64,000 bases of DNA from Octopus vulgaris (GCA_951406725.2 OX597816.1:79422001-79486000), one strand, 5' to 3'. Positions 1 through 25,659 are shown, numbered from the stretch's first letter. Program-made: numbers and translations. The notes: generated by a model not told the origin, from the letters alone.

Positions 1-340
1 TGCTAGAAGCTGCTACCTGTCGAATGCCATTATATTATGTTTGTTCCCCTGTGCACGTATATGAACCCTGAAAATGCTCTTTACCTGTGTACCACTCACA
101 AGGAATTCACGATTGAAGATTTCCTGCATCAAGGTTTTAATGCAGAACACGCAGAAAACTTGGCATTGCACTCGACTGATGTAATTCTGATTGAGAATGG
201 CTTTAATTGTTTAGTAATTGGGCTGCCTGAACCTATTGGAGTACCGCAGCTTGACCATCATGAAGACTTCGATTACCCAGGCATTGCAACACTTACTGAT
301 GAACAGAGACTGAATGCGAATGCTGTGCCTGAATACGAGC
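1..340 (+). mobile_element. Helitron Rep/helicase remnant (region upstream of the PIF1 helicase core)
   Basis: Translation LEAATCRMP...LCTYMNPENALYL...IEDF...GLPEP...LTDEQR resembles Helitron RepHel; frameshifted. Confidence 0.65.
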
Positions 341-467
341 TGAGTTGGGGTGCTAGATTCTCTTGTTCGAAAATATAAGGACACAGATCGTGTCGTATAG
401 CCAGCTGGAGAATTGAAATTTTGAAGTTGCGATTTTTGAAATTTTTTCTTCAGAATCGGAATCTCAA

Positions 468-1251
468 TAGTTACCTCAATCTGTCGAGCATCAGTCGCGG
501 TCCCAGGGCAAAAGGGCACTAGGTCAGAAGCGAATACTATTCCAAGAGAAAAGGGAATAATAACATTATTTAGAAGGGAGCATTTTCTTTCTTGAGGGAG
601 GCACATGCCCCTCAGGCTCCTCCCTTGTGTCTACCCCAGAATATACTTGCTATTAATTTCTCGTTGAAACTACCATACTTCTCATATTCAACATGTTATC
701 ATTTCTTTGCAAGAGACATACAGTCAATGCAAATAAGTTCTGAGGTTATCTTTTGAATGAACATTACACCGATATAAACCAGTCATGTCAAACTTAATAA
801 GGCCAACACTTACTGATAAGATTTGCAGACAGGTATGTAAAATTTAGCCAACCTTTATATTACACTATCAACATACAAGAGATTAAATGTCTGGGTCGAA
901 AACCTTGATTATATACAATACAACATGGTGTCAAAAAGTTCCCGGACTAGTTAGATTTAATAAAAGATAACTTATTTACATTAAGTTTTAATATCATCTC
1001 TTTTGAAATAGTCACTTTGCGCAGCAATACACGGTCCCAGCATTCCTGCTACTTTTTTTTTTTTCATTTCTTCAGAAGCTTTTATGTTTTGTTCATTTAC
1101 TATTGTTGTTGACATCGTAGTTGAGACTGCTACTATTTGATAAACACTAAGGAGAATATTTGCTTATTAGTTTCCCCTGTAGTATTTGAACAACAATAGT
1201 AAATAAAGGAAACAGGAAAGATTCTGAAGAAATGAAAAGAGAAAAGTAGCA
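468..1251. repeat. Left arm of ~780-bp near-identical inverted duplication (partner 3416-4197)
   Basis: TAGTTACCTCAATCTGTCGAGC...GAGAAAAGTAGCA is the reverse complement of 3416-4197 with few mismatches. Confidence 0.9.
1053..1190 (-). pseudogene. Truncated SULT exon-1 fragment
   Basis: Reverse complement matches gene A 8451-8580 (CAAATACTAC...GCAGTCTCAACTA.GATGTCAACA...TCTGAAGAA). Confidence 0.8.
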
Positions 1252-1329
1252 TTTCGTAAAAAAAATTAAGGTGGAAGTGTGCAGTTTACATACCATCCAG
1301 CTGGACCAAAAATTCTCCTTTATGGCTGA

Positions 1330-2062
1330 ATTTCATCCAATACAGATTAAGTCAAAGCATCAGGACAACAGCAGATCAAAGGGAATTTGCAGCATGGCTC
1401 TTGCATCTTGGCAATGGAACACATGCATTTCCACAAGACTCTAATCTTGTTGATGATGACATAAAAGTGCCTCAAATTTCATGCGTTGACGGCTCTCTGG
1501 TGGATGATATCTTGAACAATACATCTGAGGAAGAGAGAAGAAGCAGAATAATTATTTCGCCAAAGAACTCAGAATGCCTCCTGATCTGTGAAGAAGTTTT
1601 GAGACAACTTCCAGGTGACTGCCCACCTATTCTCGTACAGAAAAAGTTTTGACAGATGATCCTGCTGAAGCTGAGAGACATCCACTTGACTTTCTAGACC
1701 CTTTGACACCATCAGGAATGCCTTCTTATAAATTGAGTTTAAAACCCGGCTCAATAGTAATACTTCTTCATAACATTTCTATCCAGAATGGACTCTGCAA
1801 TGGTACAAGACTGGAAGAGAACTCTGTTTCCTGTCCGTTTGTCATATGCCATGGCTATTAAGAAATCACAGGAAAAGACATTTGAGAAGGTGGGATTGTT
1901 CTAACCTCAGCCAGTGTTCAGTCACGGGCAGTTCTATGTGGCATACTCTAGAGCTCAAAAACTCTCAGATGTAAGGGTTAAGGTGATGGAGACAGACAGA
2001 CAAGGAAGAAACTGGCGAACTGTTACTAAGAACATTGTCTGCCGAGAGGTATTGACTTGAAG
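1330..2062 (+). mobile_element. Helitron PIF1-like helicase C-terminal remnant
   Basis: FAAWLLHLGNG; TPSGMPSYKLSLKPGSIVILLHNISIQNGLCNGTRL; KSQEKTFEKVG; PVFSHGQFYVALSRA; KNIVCREVL; multiple frameshifts. Confidence 0.88.
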
Positions 2063-2137
2063 GAGTGGAGTATTTTCAGAAATTCTGGAGACCCTTGACT
2101 GCATTAAGTATGTATCCTTGGTTTATATGTACAAACA

Positions 2138-2188
<51 letters not shown>

Positions 2189-2434
2189 ACGCACGCACAC
2201 ACAAAATTAATTGCTAAACTTTATGTATATGTAAATAGAAATATACAAATGTACGCAATTTTAGTATTTGCTGCCTAAGTATCTCATTCTATTATATACT
2301 TCTAATATAGGATGAAATTTTTGGAAAAAATTTCATCAAAGTGGCCAGCATATTAAAATACCTTTAAAGGTGAAAATTATAAACAACAATCAATAAGGGC
2401 AAAAGAAAAAAGATTTCTATGCCAATATGCTGAG

Positions 2435-3300
2435 AATAGTGTCGTGTTTGCACACTGACTCTACATATCCAGTGAATCGTACTAGCTTCCTTTCATTCAA
2501 ACCTACGTATGTCCTCAACAGTCATGGCTCATGTTTCACTGCCGTGTAGCATGGCTGTTCGCTCACATGCATCATACAGTCTACCTTTCACTCTGAGCGA
2601 GAGGCCCTTTGTTACCAGCAGAGGTAGGAGCTTTCTGAACTTTGTCCAGGCTATTCGTATTCTACTGGCAACGCTCTCAGAGCATCCACCCCCACTATAG
2701 ACTTGGTCACTTAGGTAGCGAAAGCTATCAACTACTTCTAGTTTCTACCCCTGGCATGTGATGGAATCTGTTTTCTAAACAGAACGAGCAGAGCTATCTA
2801 TCTGAAAGATTTTGTAATTTGTCCGCCTTCCTACTTACCAGGACTTTGGTTTTTGCTACATTGACTCTAAGGCCCTTAGATTTTAGACCTTGCTTCCACA
2901 CTTGAAATTTTTCTCTAGTTCTGGGAGTGATTCAGCCATGAGAGCAAGGTCATCAGCATAGAGGAGCTCCAGCGGTAGCCTGTCTTGAATTCCTCTGTTA
3001 TTGCCTGTGGATTATAATGAACAAGAGGGGTCTGAGGACTGATCCTTGGTGAAACTCTACTTCTACCCAGGATTCTTCACTATACTCGTTGCCGACCGAC
3101 TGATATCATCCATGATATCATACAGGGCCTGTACAGCTCTTATTAATCACTCTTCTATCGCTAATTTCCGCATTGCCCACCCTGTCAAAGGCTTTCTCCA
3201 AGTCCACAAAAGCCAAGTACAGAGTTTTATCTTTGGTTAATATTTCTCCTGCAGTTGCCTTACTAGAAATATAGCGTCAGTGGTGCTTCTACCTGGCAGA
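2435..3300 (-). mobile_element. RTE-like LINE reverse transcriptase fragment (piece repeated at ~4525-4710)
   Basis: Minus-strand LLYADDLAL, HQGSVLxPLLFII-like and WAMRKL motifs; degenerate. Confidence 0.75.
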
Positions 3301-3477
3301 AAGAAAAGAAAAAAAATATACAAAAGATTAAATTTCTTGGTCAAAAGCTTAAGTTTTAACATCGTCTTCTTTGAAATAATCACTTTGCGCAGCAATACAC
3401 CGGTCCCAGCGTCCCTGCCACTTTTCTCTTTTCATTTCTTCAGAATCTTTCCTGTTTCCTTTATTTACTATTGTTGT

Positions 3478-3612
3478 TCAAATACTACAGGGGTAACTAA
3501 TAAGTAAATATTCTCCTTAGTGTTTATCAAATAGTAGCAGTCTCAACTACGATGTCAACAACAATAGTAAATGAACAAAACATAAAAGCTTCTGAAGAAA
3601 TGAAAAAAAAAA
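3478..3612 (+). pseudogene. Truncated SULT exon-1 fragment (MSTTIVNEQNIKASEEMKK) fused to a mariner 3' end
   Basis: ATG at 3552 in the same context as gene A ATG 8524; similarity stops after ~19 codons. Confidence 0.8.
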
Positions 3613-3744
3613 GTAGCAGGAATGCTGGGACCGTGTATTGCTGCGCAAAGTGACTATTTCAAAAGAGATGATATTAAAACTTAATGTAAATAAGTTATCT
3701 TTTATTAAATCTAACTAGTCCGGGAACTTTTTGACACCATGTTG
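3612..3744 (+). mobile_element. Mariner 3' terminal remnant (mirror copy 921-1052 on -, further piece ~3340-3420 on -)
   Basis: Degenerate C-terminus resembling WDRCIAAQxDYF, then TIR-like CCGGGAACTTTTTGACACCATGTTG and TA. Confidence 0.65.
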
Positions 3745-4749
3745 TATTGTATATAATCAAGATTTTCGACCCAGACATTTAATCTCTTGTATGTTGATAG
3801 TGTAATATAAAGGTTGGCTAAATTTTACATACCTGTCTGCAAATCTTATCAGTAAGTGTTGGCCTTATTAAGTTTGACATGACTGGTTTATATCGGTGTA
3901 ATGTTCATTCAAAAGATAACCTCAGAACTTATTTGCATTGACTGTATGTCTCTTGCAAAGAAATGATAACATGTTGAATATGAGAAGTATGGTAGTTTCA
4001 ACGAGAAATTAATAGCAAGTATATTCTGGGGTAGACACAAGGGAGGAGCCTGAGGGGCATGTGCCTCCCTCAAGAAAGAAAATGCTCCCTTCTAAATAAT
4101 GTTATTATTCCCTTTTCTCTTGGAATAGTATTCGCTTCTGACCTAGTGCCCTTTTGCCCTGGGACCGCGACTGATGCTCGACAGATTGAGGTAACTAATT
4201 CTCATCATAGTCTAACTAAATCAAAGACAAGAGTGACAATCAAGAGCAAAACTTGGTGCAATTTTTTTTACAATTCGTTGATGTGCCAGAGTCTCTATCA
4301 ATTTAATTTGGAAATAAGTAATAAGAGGAAGGAATAGATATTTTGGCTTAGAAGATACCGTAACAGTCTAGGTGATGTTTTCCTCTTACTGTATTTCCTA
4401 AACAAGGCTTATTTTTCAATTAGTTGATGCGCCAGAGTTTTAGAAATTTTAGAAGTGGGCGAACTGTTACTAAGCACATTGTCTGCCGAATGGTACTGAC
4501 TTGAAGGAGTGGAGTGTTTTCAGAAATATGATGAATAAGAGGGCTGAGGACTGATCTTGGTGAACCCCTACTTCTACCCGGAATTCTTCACTATACACGT
4601 TGCCGACCCTCACTTTACTGATATCATCCATGTACAGAGCCTGTACAGCTCTTATTAACTCATCTATCGCTAGTTTCCGCATTGCCCACCCTGTCAAAAG
4701 CTTTCTCCACCTTTGATTGCATTAGGTATGCGTCCTTGGTTTATACGTG

Positions 4750-4805
<56 letters not shown>

Positions 4806-5116
4806 TTATATGTGGCATGTATTATATAGTATTGTAAAAATATAGGTCTATTGTTTTTTGTATTCATATGGGAGGAAAGTGGCGTGGATCTATGTTGGGA
4901 AGTGGAGAGTACCACGGACTGATTGGCATTGGCAATCTTTTCACACACGGTGGACACTCCTAAATATGTCTATGTGTTGTTTATTTTCCCAGATATGAGT
5001 ATTGTATGTTAAAAAAGAATAGAATTAGTAGCTAAACTTTATGTATTTGTAAATAGAACGGTACAGGTATACGAAATTTTAGTATTTGCTGCCTAAGTAT
5101 CTCATTCTATTATATA

Positions 5117-5844
5117 CTAGCAGAGATACCCGGCCTTGAGATAACCGGGATTAAGATGGCATAGTTTTTTTATTGTTTTACTTGTCGCAGTCATGCGACT
5201 GCGGCCATGCCATGCACTGCCTTTGGTCGAAAACATCGACCACACGATTTATTCTTTGTAAGCCTAGTACTTATTCTATCGGTGTCATTTGTTGAACCGC
5301 TAAGTTATGGGAACGTAAACACAGCAACACCGGTTGCCAAGCAATAATGTCAATACCATCACAGACACACAGACACAGACACACACACAGACACAGACAC
5401 ACAGACACACACACATACACACACACACATACGACAGTCTTCTTTCAGTCTCCGTGCATACACACATATATATACACATATATACATAAATATATATATA
5501 TACATACACCCACACACACACACGCACACATACAAAGATATATACAAATATATACATAAATACATATTGAAAGTAATAGAAATGAAACTAATATATATAG
5601 ATACATAATGAAATTAATTGAATTTGAATCCATATTAATAGAGATATTTGACACGAAATACGGAAACAGTGTAAAAGATAAGAGATTTGCTCCAGGCTCG
5701 CATTAGGCAAGCAGTTGAACAATGTTTTGGCCCATGACACAACATGGACCCTAAATAAGGCATGTGTAAAATTTGAATGAAATCTGTTCGGTAGTTCTCG
5801 AGTTTTAGTGATGCACACATACAGACAGACAGACACACAGACAG

Positions 5845-5934
<90 letters not shown>

Positions 5935-5955
5935 TCTCAGCTTTATATACATAGA
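5117..5955 (-). mobile_element. Non-autonomous Helitron-like element containing a SINE fragment and (CA)n
   Basis: Minus strand begins TCTATGTATATAAAG and ends CTAG, with a subterminal hairpin (CCCGG...CCGGG) and insertion between A and T. Confidence 0.6.
5847..5932. repeat. (CA)n microsatellite; representative of many (CA), (TA), (TATG), (CTA) and (AAT) tracts in the window
   Basis: Direct reading; others at e.g. 2139, 4755, 10478, 11963, 12725, 20335, 32252, 41685, 54840, 56662, 62530. Confidence 0.97.
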
Positions 5956-6384
5956 TGTAGAGATTTCAATTACACCTTTCTTCAATGCGTTATTTTTATA
6001 CATACATATGTGTAGGAAAAGTTTGTTATTTACTCAACATTCTATAAATCAGTTCGTGAAAATTCCATGGGTCCCGCTAGTTTTACATAATTCGATTGAA
6101 GTTAAGAGAGATCCATGAAAAACCCACTTTCTTTTCAAACCTACCTTTTTCTGAAGCGTTTATGGCGCTTCTTCGTTTTCAGGGCCCCATGAAAGTGAGA
6201 TATAATTTTGAAGAAAAGCAATCTAATAGAAATAAAATCTATAATCTATAATCCTCGATTAGCTGTTAATCACTTAATCTCTTTGCTTCGAACATTTAAT
6301 TATCGATTCCTTGGGAGTTTATATGAATCATTATTGTGTACACATTGGCATTATTCTGTCGTTATTAACCAAGTAAACACGTTA

Positions 6385-7504
6385 ATCTATACATAACGGG
6401 CGTAATGTCCATCTGTCCGTCTCTTTGTCTGTTTCTTCTTCACAGCCAGACGGCTGGACCAATGGTTACGATATTTTTCGGGATTACAAAGCGAGATTTT
6501 TAGCATTTAAAAATCAGAAAGTATGATTATTTTGTGGGTAGTGATTTTTGAAGAGATAAACAACCTTCGCATTTTTATTTATTGAAAATTCACCGACCAC
6601 AAGTAACTCTAGATTTTCATCGCATAATTTGTGGCCCCATCGTGGATATGAAGGGAGTCGCGAGTACGGTTAATAGCAAAAATAAAATAGAACAGTGTGT
6701 GTTAGCATATAGTGTGTGTGAATATTTAGTGGTTATTGAAATGTATCAGTCTCGAGTAGAATTCAAAATGACTAATCGAAGTGGCTGTGGTTTACATCTC
6801 AGCTTCGTCAATGAAAATAACCCATGGTACTAGAACATCCAGACATTATTCGCATAGAACAGTGAGAGGTAAGCCTTAGTTTGACTTTTTTCAAACCTTA
6901 AAGATTCCGCTCGAGCATTCACAGCAAACAAGGCACATGGCTAGACTTTAGATCGTGTAGGTGTTTCTTTACCCACTCCGATGCTTACACACGGCCAATT
7001 ATACGTCGCTATGAATAGAGCAACGGACTCCAGTAAATTGAAAATATCGTCTACAAAGAAGTTTTGTAATCATATTGATATTATCGAAAGGAATATGATT
7101 CATAATTTAAATAAGGAAATTTGTGAATTTGAATGTTTAAGAGTATAAATAAGCGGAAAGTAGTGTAAATAACAAAAATAAAAGTGTATCTAAATAACAC
7201 TTTTTTTTTCTGTAGTGGTAGACGGAAGCTCTGGCTTTCGTTAGGAGTGGTCTACATAACCATTCCTGATACAGAGGCTGGGAGCCCATTTCAGTTCGCG
7301 GGTGAATCGTCATGACATGTCACTTAGTCACAAACATATGTCATATAGCTGCAATAAAATGCTGTATTACCAGAAATAATGTGATTTCTATAAGACATCA
7401 CCTAGTATTCTATCAAGTCCATTTACACATTTCTCAATACATGCTACTGTTATGACATCCCACCCTCATTTTATGCCGCCATTGTAAATGGGTAGATTTA
7501 CTAG
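6385..7504 (+). mobile_element. Degenerate Helitron with PIF1 helicase C-terminal remnant
   Basis: ~6910-7065 reads AFTANKAHG*TLDRVGVSLPTPMLTHGQLYVAMNRA...IVYKEVL. TCTATAC-type start at 6385 and CTAG at 7501; ends tentative. Confidence 0.6.
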
Positions 7505-8523
7505 TATATACAATAAACCTTGTTTAGGAAATACAGTAAGAGAAAAACATCACCTAGACTGTTACGGTATCTTCTAAGCCAAAATATCTATTCCTTCCTC
7601 TTATTACTTATTTCCAAATTAAATTGATAGAGACTCTGGCGTATCAACGGATTGTAAAAAAAATATTTCACCAAGTTTTGCTCTTGATTGTCACTCTTGT
7701 CTTTGATTTAGTTAGACTATGATGAGAATTAGTTACTTCAATCTGTCGAGCATCAGTCGCGGTCCCAGGGCAAAAGGGCACTAGGTCAGAAGCGATACTA
7801 TTCCAAGAGAAAAGGGAATAATAACATTATTTAGAAGGGAGCATTTTCTTTCTTGAGGGAGGCACATGTCCCTCAGGCTCCTCCCTTGTGTCTACCCTAG
7901 AATATACTTGCTATTAATTTCTCGTTGAAACTACCATACTTCTCATATTCAACATGTTATCATTTCTTTGCAAGAGACATACAGTCAATGTAAATAAGTT
8001 CTGAAGTTATCTTTTGAATGAACATTGCACCGATGCCAACTAGATATGTCAGCCTTAATTAGGCCGACACTTACAGATAAAAATATGCTTAACAGTGTGC
8101 ATGCAAGATAGTTATTGTCGAACCTATCACATACCTGTATATACATATCACATTCATAGATATTTAGATACACACGCACTGATATACAAGCAATTATATA
8201 TATACATGCATGTATGCATGCAAATCATACATACATACCTTCATACACCCACCCACTTATGTGTATGCATAACGTATATTCTCTTTAGTAGTTGACACAT
8301 ATTGCACAATCAGTACATAAGTACGCATTATGTCGAAATTGATAAGAACATGTGTGCGTGTGTGTGTGTGTGTATGTATGAGTGCGCGCGTACATTTGTG
8401 TATGTAGAATGAACGTCAAAAATTATATACACAATTGAACTTTAATTCATCAAATACTACAAGGGAAACTAATAAATAAACTTTCTCCTTAGTGCTTATT
8501 AAATAGTAGCAGTCTCAACTAAG

Positions 8524-21441
<12,918 letters not shown>

Positions 21442-21604
21442 ATTACTTCATTTATGATAGAAATTTGCTTTTCTGGAGCTTAGTTTTAAGATTTAATATA
21501 AAATTTTGTCATCTACTAACATACACAGGAAAAGAATATTGTCAGTTCAAACGAATCAATGACTCAAAAAATAATTGTCTTGCAATAATGGGTGAATAAT
21601 TTTG

Positions 21605-21610
21605 AATAAA
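21605..21610 (+). promoter_or_regulatory. Putative polyadenylation signal, gene A
   Basis: AATAAA ~165 nt after the stop, in a context homologous to AATAAA at 38193 after gene B. Confidence 0.55.
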
Positions 21611-21730
21611 CATATAAGTATTTAAATCATCTGAACTTTTGCTGCTTAATGCTAAAATCTAATCTCTTATTGTTCAAAATAATAATCAACTTTTACTGTA
21701 CAAAGCAGTTGAATTGGTTTGTTAGAAATA

Positions 21731-22871
21731 TTGGTATGGCAACTAAGTTCCCGCTGTTTTTTTTAATTTTGAAGTTTATTGCGTTTTGAAATTTTGGAAT
21801 CTATCTTTTTTCCCCGAGAATTCTATTTTTGAATCATTATGGAATCTATCTTGTTTCTTTTTCTAATTAATTTTAGTTAATTTTTGTTTATTTTCTGATC
21901 ATTAAAATGGAATGTCAAATTAAGAAAAACGAGCATTTTTGACACCTCCTTTTTGCTTTTAATCAAGGTTCTAAAGTCGCAAAAGCTGCTCGCGACATTT
22001 GTGCTGTGTATGGAGAGGGTGCCATAGCTGATAAAACCGCTGGTGATTGGTATGCCGAGTTCAAAGATGGAAATTTTGACCTCAAAGACGCACCTCGTTC
22101 TGGTCGTCCAGGTGAGCTCGTTGAAGTGCAATTAAATCAGCTTTTGCACGAAAATTCTCTTCAAACGACAAGGGAACTGGCAGAGAAAATGGAATGCTCC
22201 CACACTACTATAGAGAAGCATCTTCACTCGAGGGGAAAGGTTCAGAAGTATTGAGCATGGGTTCAGCGTAAGGGATGGCTTAGCCCCGGTAAACAAGCGA
22301 TACCGCGCGTGAAACAAGATTTACATCTGCGTAAAACAATGTTGTGCTAATGGTGGGACTGGAAGGGATTATCCATAACGAATTGCTTGAACAGAACCAA
22401 ACTGTCAACGTGGAACTCTATGTTCAACAGATGGGACGACTCAACACGTCTATTCAAGAGAAAAGACCTAATCGGCAGCATGGAGTTCTTCTGCACGACA
22501 ACGCCCGCCCTCATATCGCCAATATGGCCAAGGAAGCCATTCAAACGCATAGCTGGGAAGTGTTGCGACACCTGCCGTTCTCTCCTGATTTGACACCAGC
22601 GGTTTTCCATCTCTTTCGATCTCTTTCAAATACTATGGGCGGAGTTTCGTTCAATACTGATGCAGAATTGAGAGCTTGGTTGGATCAATTTTTCTAGCCG
22701 AAATCGGGTGATTTCTACCAACGAGGTATTGAAAATCTTGTTGAACGCTGGGAAGAATTTGTAAACAACAAGGGTGAATACATTATTGATTAACTGACTG
22801 TTATTTTTTATTAAACCTTTTAAAAAATTTATATAAAAAAAAAAACGGCGGGAACTTAGTTGCCAACCCAA
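21731..22871 (+). mobile_element. Mariner transposon, mellifera-like TIRs, defective and internally deleted
   Basis: TIRs TTGG(TA/GT)TGGCAACTAAGTTCCCGC with TA on both sides. Transposase remnants PRSGRP, LHDNARPH, SPDLTP; stops. Confidence 0.93.
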
Positions 22872-23163
22872 TATATTAGTTACAATTCTTATATGACAAA
22901 TCTCACCACACAAGTTTCACCCTGGAAAATAACATTTACAAATTATAAACGGGGAAAATTTTATAGATTTCATGTTTTCACAATATCTTAATTTCCTGTT
23001 CGATTGTCTCAATTGTATTGTTATTTTATTTAAATGGGCAATGTGAACAAATATATATATATATATATTAATTCTTCTGAGTTGAGACATTGTGAATAAC
23101 CTGAGTATATAACATTATTATGACAGGATATAATAATGATGATGATGATCATAATAATAATAG

Positions 23164-23632
23164 GGCTACAGCGAATATTCTGCTCAATAGCAAAGATTTG
23201 CTTGTCAGTTGTTTGACCTTAACCACTTGAGCATGTCCCTTAGTGGCTGACGATATGTGCATCTCTGATCACCAGTAAAAGTAGTGGGGGAGCATCATAG
23301 CCATATGTTGAGAGGGATTCTTTGGGGTTTGAATAACTCACCTCTGGAAACATGGGTGTTTTGTTCAACATCCTTAAACAACCCTTATTCAGGGACCTTT
23401 TGAGCGTGATGGATTACTCGACCAAAAGAAAATTCTAACTGGGTCCCACCTGCAAAGTCATGTGCTGTTTATCTTGATATGAGATCACCATGTCGCGCAC
23501 ACATGGTTGCGATGCATGTGTCTAGTATACCCTTATCAGACGGGTAGTCATGATGGGTATACTGGGCTTCGTATATTTTACCCCAGTATTACTTTGATGG
23601 CATGCACTGCTCTCTCATTCAATAATAATAAT
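23164..23632 (+). repeat. ~470-bp (AAT)n-flanked interspersed repeat (SINE/non-autonomous retroelement-like)
   Basis: Copies at 40641-41113(-), ~41240-41660(+), ~41770-42252(+), ~55610-56065(-), ~56088-56660(-). Confidence 0.85.
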
Positions 23633-23634
23633 AC

Positions 23635-25055
23635 GATGTATACCTTCAGTGCTAATATCAGAATGGAGTTCGGATTGAGAAAGTGTGGTGTGTTAGTCTT
23701 GAAGAGAGGCAAAATCAAATGTATGGACGGGCTAACGATACTGTCGGAGGAGGTTATGAAGCAGATAAAAGAGACGGGTTATAAGTACTGAGATGTTGGA
23801 AATGGATAAATTAATGGAGAAAGAAATGACAGAAAAATTTAAGGTGGCGTAGTTACGCAAACTGAGACTGATGCTTAGGTCGAAATTAAACGGACGGAAT
23901 GAGCTCGAAGCTATCAATCTTTAGATATGGAGCAGAGGTAATCGCATGGACAGCAGATGAGCTAAACAAGGAAGTTGCTAAGTAGATATGGGTCACTCCA
24001 CCCAAAAAGTGACAGAGACTGTATGTATCAAGAAAAAGAGGGGTAAGAAGACTTATTGGTTGCGAACACAGCATTAGAGCAGAAGAAAACAACATAGCAG
24101 GGTACGTAAAAAATGCCACAGACCTGCTAATATTAGAAGTAGGAAGGTCAGGCTTGTGTAGAATGAAAAGCACTATACAAGAAATTGAAAACAAATGAAA
24201 CTGAAAATAGGTGGGTAAAGAAAAGAATGCATGGTCAATTTTATAGGGATGTTGAAGATAAGACAGACAGAGAAAAAAGATGGCTATGGATGACTAAAAG
24301 TGATTTAAAACCGGATTCTGAGGTTCTAATCTGTGCTGTCCAAGAGCAAGCACTAAGAACAAACTACATAAAATACAGAATAGGCAGCACATCAGAAAGT
24401 GATAAGTGCAGAATCTGTGGACACAACAGTGAAACCGCATGGCATGTTACCAGCAAATGTACGCCACTAGCCCAGAAGGAATATAAGAGACGCCACGACA
24501 ATATAGCCAGGTTTGTCCATTGGACACTTTGCAACAAGTTTGGACTTGACAGAGCGAAAAATTGGTACGACCACAAACCTGAAGGCATCGTTGAAAATAG
24601 AAATGCAAAGATCCTATGGGATTTTATGATTCAGTGCGACCATGAGATTGAGGATAGGAAGCCGGACATAGTCTTAATTGAGAAAGAAAACAAACTATGC
24701 TGGATCATAGATACAGCATGCCCAGTTGACAACAAGGTATGCGATAAGAAAAGAGGAAAAGTGGAGAGATATGACAGGTTAGCTTGGGAAGTTAAGCAGC
24801 TGTGGTCGATGAAAAAGGTAGCGGTAGTACCAATAATTGTCGGAGACCTGGGAACATTAAGCAAAAATCTCGAGAAGTACGTGGAACAAATAGGGGCTGC
24901 AATAACTGTGGATCACTTGCAGAAAACAGCACTACTTGGAACCGCTCGAATACTCCGGAAGGTTCTCTCAAAAATAAGAGGTGTTACCTTAGTTTACTAT
25001 AAGTGAACAGCTGACAATGTAGTGCATCTCCAGTATTAGAAGCTGTGCAAAGGCA
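23635..25055 (+). mobile_element. R4/Dong-like non-LTR retrotransposon, 5'-truncated and degenerate
   Basis: MEFGLRKC RT end; CCHC knuckle CRICGHNSETAWHVTSKC; RRHDN; ILWDF; KPDIVL REL endonuclease; ends in (AAC/AAT)n. Confidence 0.88.
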
Positions 25056-25659
25056 ACAACAATAATAATAATGATTTTGCTTCCAGGGCAGAAATTTTGA
25101 AGGAGGGTTTGAGTCGATTATATCGACCCCAGTGTTTCACTGGTACTTATTTTATCACCCCCGAAAGGATAAAAGGTAAAGTCGACATCGGCAGAATTTG
25201 AACTCAGAACGTAGCGATGAGTGAAATGCTGCTAAGCATTACGTCCAGTGTGCTAACGATTAACAATAATAACATCAACACAATAATAATGGTTTAAATT
25301 TTTTGTCATGCGGCCTCCACTTTTAAGGGCAGATGTAGCAGAGAGTCTGCTAACCTATGTGATGTTTAATTCTTATTAGACCAACTCAAATCATATTCAT
25401 TCATATAGTTAGCTAGGTCAATAGAAGTAAATGAATGTACATGTGCTGGAGCAGCAAAACAAAATCTGAAGAGAATAATCCAGGGATATCATCAAATGGG
25501 ATATATATCTTGATATCGCTAATGAATTTCATGTGACCAGCACGATTAATTTATCCTCCTCCTCCTCCTCCTCCTCCTCCACCCCCTCCACCCTCCTTCA
25601 CCTCCTTCTCCACCCTCCTCCTCTTCCTCATCCTCATCCTCCTCCTCCTCGTCGTCGTC

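Larger units (their letters stand above)
3416..4197. repeat. Right arm of inverted duplication; ~3850-4409 also matches gene A upstream region ~7514-8075 in inverted orientation
   Basis: Direct reading; the same spurious peptide MCLPQERKCSLL... appears at 4059(+) and 606(-). Confidence 0.9.

Noticed and set aside
211-606. Repeated ORF MCLPQERKCSLL... (also 4059-4337)
   Set aside because: Arises from the inverted duplication of non-coding upstream DNA; the C-termini differ and there is no recognisable domain.
5300-6003. ORFs rich in CV/YI/HT repeats (also 14568-15101, 16695-17106, 52019-52928, 55156-55681)
   Set aside because: Translations of (CA)n/(TA)n/(TATG)n microsatellites and degenerate TG-rich tracts; no domain or splice support.
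24185-25006. 273-aa ORF as a host gene or domesticated nuclease
   Set aside because: C-terminal part of a Dong/R4-like LINE whose upstream RT is broken; a decayed same-family copy lies at 56835-57540.
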